A stretch of 62,954 nt of DNA, filler included, from Thraustochytrium aureum (lineage: Eukaryota), in the NCBI GenBank assembly GCA_012862495.1. It is 3 parts of 3 records of this genome, joined end to end, with 100 filler letters (N's around TTAATTAATTAA, not from the genome) between each part and the next. Parts side by side here need not be neighbours in the genome. Positions count along the whole stretch, not along the records: positions 43,978 to 62,954 come from BLSG01000215.1; 2 more parts are not named here. One strand, given 5' to 3'. The notes beneath the pieces are model-generated. The model saw only the letters and a list, made by a program, of their open reading frames with translations, had not been told where the DNA came from and ran no database searches. Positions 54,782-62,954 of the stretch are shown here, piece after piece (within the stretch, counting starts at the first letter, position 1; each line of letters starts with the position of its first letter). Both the position numbers and the translations under genes were made by a program.

Positions 54782-57764
54782 TCAGGACCGCGGCTCCTCT
54801 GCTCGATCCTGCTCGGCGCCGCCAAGGCCCAGGCTCCTCTTGGAGGCCCCAAGCCCCCAGTTGCGTTCCTGGTGCATGGTGACAAGGATCGCAAGCGCCA
54901 TGCTGAGCGAAAGCTGCTGCTTCATGAAAAACTTGGCGAACAGCGGCGTGTCGTAGAGTGAGTGAAAGTCCGTCGAGTTGACCCAGCCGAAGAAAAACCA
55001 GCGCAGGATAACGAGCGAGAGGAAAAAGACAAACAGGATACTGAGGCAGGTACTGAGGTTCTCGTCCCTGTACCCAAAGTAGTTGAGCATAAACATGCGG
55101 CCCGACCGCTTGCCAGGGCTCTCTTGGTCTGGCCCTTCAGGCGGCTCAGAGTCCCACACCGTGAACGCCTCAATAAAGTACCGCGCCGGCGACATGGAGC
55201 ACATCAGGCGTATCGGCCGGTTCACAGGGTACTTGTCCAAAACCAGCGAATCCAGCGCGATCTGCCGGGCGTTCGGTGTATACATGGCAAATACGTGGGT
55301 CCACATGAGGTAGCCAATCGCGAGCACTGTGCTCGTCTCGAACCGGTGCCGACCGACCACGCACAGGAACGCGGCCACGGCCCAGTTGACCAGGTATCCG
55401 AGCGTAATGATGTAGGTCATGGACAGGTTGCGCCAGGGCGAGAGCATGCGGATCGAGCTGGTGCGCACCCACAATGTTAGGTTGAAGGCGAGAGAGAAGA
55501 GCGCCCCCATAAAGGCGGCCTTGAAGACGAAGAGAGCAACCATGGCGTTGTGGTGCGCACCGAGAACCATTCCCGCCTCGGCCGCGCGCTTCACTGGGGC
55601 TACATCGTCCGTGAACACAGCAGCAAACGCCCCGAGGGATGCCACGGTCACAGAGACGAAAAACNNNNNNNNNNNNNNNNNNNNNNNNNNNNNNNNNNNN
55701 NNNNNNNNNNNNNNNNNNNNNNNNNNNNNNNNNNNNNNNNNNNNNNNNNNNNNNNNNNNNNNNNNNNNNNNNNNNNNNNNNNNNNNNNNNNNNNNNNNNN
55801 NNNNNNNNNNNNNNNNNNNNNNNNNNNNNNNNNNNNNNNNNNNNNNNNNNNNNNNNNNNNNNNNNNNNNNNNNNNNNNNNNNNNNNNNNNNNNNNNNNNN
55901 NNNNNNNNNNNNNNNNNNNNNNNNNNNNNNNNNNNNNNNNNNNNNNNNNNNNNNNNNNNNNNNNNNNNNNNNNNNNNNNNNNNNNNNNNNNNNNNNNNNN
56001 NNNNNNNNNNNNNNNNNNNNNNNNNNNNNNNNNNNNNNNNNNNNNNNNNNNNNNNNNNNNNNNNNNNNNNNNNNNNNNNNNNNNNNNNNNNNNNNNNNNN
56101 NNNNNNNNNNNNNNNNNNNNNNNNNNNNNNNNNNNNNNNNNNNNNNNNNNNNNNNNNNNNNNNNNNNNNNNNNNNNNNNNNNNNNNNNGTATGCGGCTTC
56201 ACCGTTTTGCAGCAGAACGAGGTTGTCCAAGAGGTTAAACACGCGCGCCGAGGGCACGTGCAGGACGATGACAACAGAGACGCCCTTTTTGTCTGCGATC
56301 GTGCGCAGGCGCTTCATGAGCTTGAACGCCGCAGCGCCGTCCAGCCCGCTGGTGGGCTCGTCCATCACGAGCACGCTGGGGTTCATGATGAGCTCGACGC
56401 CGATGCTGACGCGCTTCTTTTCGCCTCCGCTGATCCCGCGCTGGATCAGGCCCCCGATCCTCTCGCTCCTGATGGGCTGCAGCTCCAAGAGGTCGAGCGT
56501 CTCCTCCAGAGCGCGCTCGCGCTCCTCGGGGGAAAACCACCAGGGCAGACGCCAAGACGCACTGAACCGCAGGGTCTCCTCGACGGTGAGGTGCTCGAAG
56601 AGCGCGTCGCGCTGCGGCACAAAACCGACACGGTCAAGGATGGCGTTGAGCGATCGGCGCTCTCCGTTCAGGAAGACCGAGCCCAACGGGGGCGAGCATA
56701 TTCGCTCGCCGCGCCCTAGCAGGCTGGCGGCAAAAGTCGACTTGCCTGCGCCGCTGGGGCCAAGGATCCCGGTGATCTGCCCGGGCGGGATCGAGCCCGA
56801 CACGTTGCTCAAGATGAGCCTCTTCTGGCCCGTGACCTGGCACCCGACGTCCTCAAAGGCGATCTCGACCGGGTACACGCTCGTCTCCAGGCTTGGAGCG
56901 CCTTGCGCGCGGCGGCGGTTTCCCTCGGGGTCGCTCGGGCCGAATAAAAACTCGTCTTCTGTGACAATCAAGGTCACCATGGACAGGGCCGCGCCGAGGA
57001 GCATCGTTAGTATTACTCGGGGCCGTGGGAGAAGGCCGACGTGCCCTTTGGACCGGAAAAAGTTTTCCATCGCAGAGTACCTCGGGCGGCGAGCGTCGAG
57101 GCTGTTGCCATTTGCAACCGAGTTGACCATCGAGTGGCGCACGTACGACTGCGGCAGGACCATTATGTGGATAGTCGACAGCGCCCAGAACCACAGCACC
57201 GTTGCCAAGAGGCGCGGCCCATTGACCACTGCAGAGCGCGCCCGCACGCGGATCAGCTCGGCCCAACTCAGCTCCGAGGCTTGTTGGACGGACTCGGCCT
57301 CGCCTCGCGTCCTCCTCGTGCTGCGTCCCGGCGTCAGAGTCTTGAGGCAACTCGAGCGCACGAACGGGTTGTTGCTCGATGGAGGCCCGAATCTCGCGTT
57401 GGGTGACGGTCTGGGTTGTCACTGGAGCGCCGGGTCCGGCCGCGCCGGACGTGATCAATGTGGAGCTTTCAAAGAGGGTGGTGATCGAGTCTGTGGAGCC
57501 ATGCTGCGCCATCGACTCGCGAAACACGGCCAGCTCGGCTTGCAAGGACGCGCGCTCGCGCTCGAGCTCGGCCCGCATCGCCGCGTACTCGGCGTCGTCA
57601 TCTTCGTCGTCGTCATCCTCCTCGTCGGACCCGTCCGAGCCGTCATAGTCCTCTTCTTCGTCCAGCTCCTCGTCCCCGTCCTCGAGGTCCGCGACCGCGG
57701 CGTTTCTCGGCGCGGCGCCGCCGTCACGCGAGCGCCCTCGTGCGCTCCTACTGGCCTCGTCCAT
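54782..57764 (-). CDS. ABCG-family half transporter with extra N-terminal TM segments; frameshift near 57300; start uncertain
   Basis: ILSNVSG, Walker A GPSGAGKST, GFVPQ, signature ISGGEKKRVSIG, Walker B VMDEPTSGLD, H-loop VLHVP, then a C-terminal TM domain. Confidence 0.9.
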
Positions 57765-59039
57765 CCTCCCTCCGGCTGGAGAAGGCGCTGCCAACGTCCT
57801 GCGCGGCCAGTGCCAGGCCCAGCGACAGCCAGGGCAACCAACGGAGCGAGGTCAGCGGGACCGGTCAGACGCCGGCCCGGTCGGTCCCTCCGGCCCGGCC
57901 TTGGTGAGCTGGAGGGCGATGAGGGCGGCGACGCGTCCCCGGCGGGCCGGGGCGCGCGCCAGCGGGGTTGGCGACAGCGATCGAAGGCGCGGAGCGACAG
58001 ACAGATCGCCCGNNNNNNNNNNNNNNNNNNNNNNNNNNNNNNNNNNNNNNNNNNNNNNNNNNNNNNNNNNNNNNNNNNNNNNNNNNNNNNNNNNNNNNNN
58101 NNNNNNNNNNNNNNNNNNNNNNNNNNNNNNNNNNNNNNNNNNNNNNNNNNNNNNNNNNNNNNNNNNNNNNNNNNNNNNNNNNNNNNNNNNNNNNNNNNNN
58201 NNNNNNNNNNNNNNNNNNNNNNNNNNNNNNNNNNNNNNNNNNNNNNNNNNNNNNNNNNNNNNNNNNNNNNNNNNNNNNNNNNNNNNNNNNNNNNNNNNNN
58301 NNNNNNNNNNNNNNNNNNNNNNNNNNNNNNNNNNNNNNNNNNNNNNNNNNNNNNNNNNNNNNNNNNNNNNNNNNNNNNNNNNNNNNNNNNNNNNNNNNNN
58401 NNNNNNNNNNNNNNNNNNNNNNNNNNNNNNNNNNNNNNNNNNNNNNNNNNNNNNNNNNNNNNNNNNNNNNNNNNNNNNNNNNNNNNNNNNNNNNNNNNNN
58501 NNNNNNNNNNNNNNNNNNNNNNNNNNNNNNNNNNNNNNNNNNNNNNNNNNNNNNNNNNNNNNNNNNNNNNNNNNNNNNNNNNNNNNNNNNNNNNNNNNNN
58601 NNNNNNNNNNNNNNNNNNNNNNNNNNNNNNNNNNNNNNNNNNNNNNNNNNNNNNNNNNNNNNNNNNNNNNNNNNNNNNNNNNNNNNNNNNNNNNNNNNNN
58701 NNNNNNNNNNNNNNNNNNNNNNNNNNNNNNNNNNNNNNNNNNNNNNNNNNNNNNNNNNNNNNNNNNNNNNNNNNNNNNNNNNNNNNNNNNNNNNNNNNNN
58801 NNNNNNNNNNNNNNNNNNNNNNNNNNNNNNNNNNNNNNNNNNNNNNNNNNNNNNNNNNNNNNNNNNNNNNNNNNNNNNNNNNNNNNNNCTGCTGTGGCGA
58901 GTGGCGAAGCGAGGCCGTGAAGGGAACGCAGGCCGAGTTCGCGGGAGTGCACGGCCCTCCACGGGGGAGTGTGAATCGCCCGCGACACGAGGCGCTGCGA
59001 GGGGCGGAGGAGGGAGTAGAAGGTACGCTTCGCGCCAGG

Positions 59040-62020
59040 ATGGCGGAGGAGGCGGATGAACCGCGAAGGCGGTCGAGCCGCAACAGGAAGTCGCGCGTTG
59101 ATCTGCAGCTGATTTTCAACACCAAGGAGGACGAGGACGAGTCCCCGGACGAAGACCACGACGAGGTCGACGAAGACGACGAAGAAGACTACGAGGAGGA
59201 GATGTCCGCGATGCGCCGCAAGAAGCGAGACGATAGCGCCAGCTCAAAGGAGTCCGGGCGCCTCGTCGGCTTCCTCGAGCCCGGCCGCAAACGGCTCGTC
59301 CAGCGCCGCGCAAGCGTGGGCGGCAGGGAAAGCGGCCTCGAAGGCATCCACGGGGCAGCCCGTCAGCAAGGCGACGCCAGCGGCGCTGGTCGCTGTGGCG
59401 GCCGCCGTCGCCCGCGCGCGCGAGGCCGCGAACAAGGTCAGCGAGAAGGCCGCACTGAGAACCGCCGAGAAGGAGACAAAGGTCAAGATTCTTGACGCGG
59501 ACGGCCTCCCAGAGCTCACCGAGCACGATGCCCCAAAAGGCGAGGAGCAGGTAAAGCGCAAACGCGGGAGGCCCAAGGGAAGCAAGAACAAGGTCAAGCG
59601 CATCACGCGGCAGCTTCCGGGTGCCAAGAAGCGCTCCGGCGCCAGCGAGGAGACAGAGGAGGTCAGAAAGGCCCGGATCGAAAAAATGCGCGCCTTGATC
59701 CCGCAAGGCATGATGGTGGCCGCCACGTCCTCAACTGCCCCGGAAGGCTCGGGAGCCGCAAAGCGAAGGTCCTCTCCGACGCTCGACCAGAAGCCAGCGG
59801 CCGCAGAGCCAGCGCCGGTGCAGCGCAGCGTGTCTCCGAGTGCCGTCGCCGCGTTCCTCGCCAAGCAGAAGGAAATCCAGCGCCAGCAAGAGCAGCAAGC
59901 GCTCATCAAGTCCGGGGAACCGAAACAGAAGAAGCGGAAAAAGTGGACTGCCGCCCCGCTCTTCAAGGACGCCAACGAAGAAAAGGCCAAGGACCGCGAA
60001 ACGAACAAGAAGCAGCGCTCGGAGCGCGAGTCGAAGAGCAGCGACGACGAAGACAGAGACTCTGCCGCTGCGTCGGCGCCACCAACGATCATCGCGACTG
60101 CGCTCAGGCAGTCCGCATCGTCTGTGCGTCAGCCGATCGCAAGCAGCTCGGGCACGCCGGTCGTTTGCGGCTCCGCGCCCGCCATTGAGCCTAGCGCCGA
60201 CTCGAAGCGCCAGAAGCGCCCCAAGCTGCGCAAGGGCGTAAAGACGCTCAAGGTTTCCGACAGTCCCGACCTCGCCCCGCCCGCGCAAACGAAAACCTCC
60301 TGGAACGCGAGCGAGGTTATCAAAGGGTTTCTGTACATAGGGGCAGGCTGGGACCAGAACGGGCGGTGCCTCGTGAATCGCGCTGGCGACCCCCCCGAGC
60401 TCAAGACCCAGCGGACGGACTGGTGCCGCGCGCACAACATGTGCTATGCGCTGAACATGGCGGGCAGTCGCCTCCAGCGCGAGCTCAAAGGCATCAAGTA
60501 CGTGCTCCCCGAGACGAAGTTTCGTCGCATCGACATGAACGACCTCGACTCGTGGGACGAAGCGCAAATGGTCGCGGGCTTCCAGCAGGGGGCCGAATTT
60601 ATTGAGGAGGCCTGGCGCCAGCACAAGGAGGCTCGCACCAACTGCCAGCTCTCCTCCAACACGCAGATCAAGATCGTGCCGCCCACCATATTTGTTCACT
60701 GCGTCGCGGGCGTGAACCGCTCGCCGATGAGTGTTGTCTGGTGGCTCTGCCGCTTCCACGGGGTCCACATTCGCGACGCTTGGGAAATTGTGCGCCTGCG
60801 ACGCGACCAAGGCGCCTTTTGGAAAAATGTCACGCTCGGTGGGGAGGCGCCCCCGCCGGGCTACGAGGCGAGCGCGGAGGAGATCAACGAGGCGGCCACG
60901 CGCAAGTTCCAGCACCGCTACGACAAGCCGCCGCCTGCCTCTGCTGAAGCTGCCGGGGCCGTGGCGGAAGGAGCGCAGTCTGCTCCTGGCAAGACCGCGA
61001 CTGAGGGACCCGTGGACGGTCCCGATGGCGCGTCTGCCGCCTCGGCTTCCACAGGAGCGGGCACCGAAGACCAGTCCGACTCGAAAGGCGTGGTCGCCGA
61101 GCCCGCTGACTCTGCCACTGAGGAGCCGGCTCAGGTTGACCCTGCCACGGCTGAACCAGGCAAGGCTGGCCCAGGCAAGGCTGACCCTGCCACGGCTGAA
61201 CCAGGCAAGGCTGGNNNNNNNNNNNNNNNNNNNNNNNNNNNNNNNNNNNNNNNNNNNNNNNNNNNNNNNNNNNNNNNNNNNNNNNNNNNNNNNNNNNNNN
61301 NNNNNNNNNNNNNNNNNNNNNNNNNNNNNNNNNNNNNNNNNNNNNNNNNNNNNNNNNNNNNNNNNNNNNNNNNNNNNNNNNNNNNNNNNNNNNNNNNNNN
61401 NNNNNNNNNNNNNNNNNNNNNNNNNNNNNNNNNNNNNNNNNNNNNNNNNNNNNNNNNNNNNNCCCAGGCAAGGCTGACCCTGCCACGGCTGAACCAGGCA
61501 AGGCTGACGCGGCATTCGGCTCGTCAGAGCCAGACCCTGCAAAGGCCGCAAATGCGGACGCACACGCCTTTTCGGCAGCGCCCGACCTCCCCAGCAGCAA
61601 GTCCGGTACCCGAAGGCTCTCTGGTTTGTCAACTCGGAGCGCCTGCTGAGCAAGTACTTTCGTCGCCGCGTCGATCCTCTAACGGGAGTATCCGAACCGA
61701 TGCCGAATGTGCCGCCAGCCTCGGAGCCGCTTGGATTTTCTCCCAGGCATGGAGCGAGTCTCGGCGAGTCGCAATTCGGGAGCGAGCCGAGCGAAGGGAT
61801 GGAGAGCAGCGCACCGTTGAAACGGCCCCCGCCCAGCGCCAGTGCCCATCTACCAGGTGTAGCAGGCGCCGCCAAGCCGGTGAGCAGCGCCGAGGCAGAC
61901 GTTGCCGCCGCCAAGCCTGCTGCTTCCAGCCTGTTGCAAATTGCTGCCGCCGCTGCAGCCGCGCCGCCGCCTGGCCGGCAGCCCAGCCCAGCCCAGCCCG
62001 CCTACCTTCACCTTCTGTGA
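59040..62020 (+). CDS. Dual-specificity protein phosphatase with AT-hook and long low-complexity regions; apparent frameshifts near 59247 and 61590
   Basis: ASEVIKGFLYIG, YALNMA, IDMND, AEFIEEA, catalytic IFVHCVAGVNRS, DAWEIVRLRR; AT-hook KRKRGRPKGSKNK. Confidence 0.8.
61138..61508 (+). repeat. Coding 45-bp tandem repeat (DPATAEPGKAGPGKA)n spanning a gap
   Basis: GACCCTGCCACGGCTGAACCAGGCAAGGCT units on both sides of the N run. Confidence 0.85.
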
Positions 62021-62060
62021 TTGGGGAAAGCAACGCAATTCGTCATTTCTTTTGCTAAAT

Positions 62061-62825
62061 CTAAGGCCCCGAGCCCGAGATCCAGTCCACCGCAGACCGC
62101 AGCTCCGCCGCGCGAGCCGAGCTCTGCGCTTCGTCCACGCTGCCGGCAGGCAACGCAGAAACCAGGAAGACCTTGCAGCTGAGCGGTTCGTGGTCGCCCA
62201 GGCCCAGCTCAAGTGCCTCCTCCACGTCGCTCGCCCCGACGGCGCCAGTCGCGTCGGCCTTGTTGACCAGCACCGTGAGCGGCATCGAGCGCGGGACCCG
62301 GCCGTTTGCCAAGAAGGTGCGCAAGACCTCGACCGACTCGCTCAGCTTGCCCGGCTCGGCGCACGCCAGCCCGTCGAGCACAAAGACAAGACCCTGGGCC
62401 CTGGGCAGGTACTTTGACCAGTACGGACGGATGCGCTCAGACCCGCCAAGGTCCCAGATGCGGAGCATCGTGTTGCTGTTCTTGATTTCGCGGATTGAAA
62501 ACCCAGTTGTCGGCTCCACGTCCGGGATCGCCGAAGTGTACCCACTGCCAGGGTCTGTGCTGAGTCGCTGCATCCGCTCTAGGAGCGTAGTCTTCCCCAC
62601 GCCGTCCTCCCCGATCCACAGCAAGCACCTCGTCGCTGTGGGGGGCTCCCGCTCCGGGTCCCGCTTCTCCTTCTTCCTGCAGCAAAAGCACTCGCAGCAG
62701 ATCAAGTGGCACAGAATCCTGCCCGCCAGCACCTTATCATACTCCCCTGGCGCGTGCGCCTCCTTGTTGGCTCCTCCGAGCGGGTCCAGTTCGCCTCGCG
62801 TGTTGCTGGAGGCGGAGGCCCCCAT
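62061..62825 (-). CDS. ARF-like small GTPase (ARL15/ARL13-like)
   Basis: MGASASS (myristoylation consensus), Cys cluster CCECFCC, G1 GEDGVGKT, G2 PTTGF, G3 WDLGGS..IRPYWSKY, G4 NKAD, G5 VSA. Confidence 0.88.
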   Translation of the reverse strand: MGASASSNTRGELDPLGGANKEAHAPGEYDKVLAGRILCHLICCECFCCRKKEKRDPEREPPTATRCLLWIGEDGVGKTTLLERMQRLSTDPGSGYTSAIPDVEPTTGFSIREIKNSNTMLRIWDLGGSERIRPYWSKYLPRAQGLVFVLDGLACAEPGKLSESVEVLRTFLANGRVPRSMPLTVLVNKADATGAVGASDVEEALELGLGDHEPLSCKVFLVSALPAGSVDEAQSSARAAELRSAVDWISGSGP

Positions 62826-62954
62826 CCCGCGTCCCACCGCGCACCGGGTCGCCCAAGCGCCGCTTCCTCCTTCCACCGCCCGCGGCGCGAGGCAGGCAGG
62901 CAGGCAGGCGGGCAGGCAGGTCGGCAGGCCCGTAACGCGGCTCGCCCCAGCGGC

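Overview
GC-rich, gene-dense, intron-poor eukaryotic nuclear DNA. Gene content and the short GT-AG introns with CTRAC branch points suggest a flagellated stramenopile such as a thraustochytrid/labyrinthulomycete (inference, not a database result). It is a gappy draft. Two N-embedded TTAATTAATTAA linkers (25480, 43922) show that at least three separately assembled pieces were joined, and many conserved genes carry 1-nt indels at short homopolymers, so the supplied ORF track hides several true gene structures. About 28 protein-coding genes can be supported, including AP-1 mu, HYOU1, RPB6, SmD1, PPIL2, MOK, BolA2, a USP, RING and F-box proteins, GT90, a CDF transporter, ABCG, a DSP, an ARL GTPase and formate dehydrogenase. 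After repairing frameshifts, the most striking candidates are: (1) a GUP1/HHAT-type MBOAT acyltransferase apparently fused to a fatty acyl-AMP ligase (FAAL) that carries its own membrane hairpin; (2) a membrane-anchored prolyl 4-hydroxylase with a C-terminal VHL-beta-like domain that retains hydroxyproline-pocket residues; (3) a small standalone RAMA-like protein; (4) a bacterial-type formate dehydrogenase with a spliceosomal intron; and (5) divergent promoters each packed with its own repeated dyad motif (GTGAC/GTCAC at 18-bp spacing, TAYTG-N5-CARTA, CGG-N6-CCG). No rRNA, tRNA, CRISPR or transposase was recognised.
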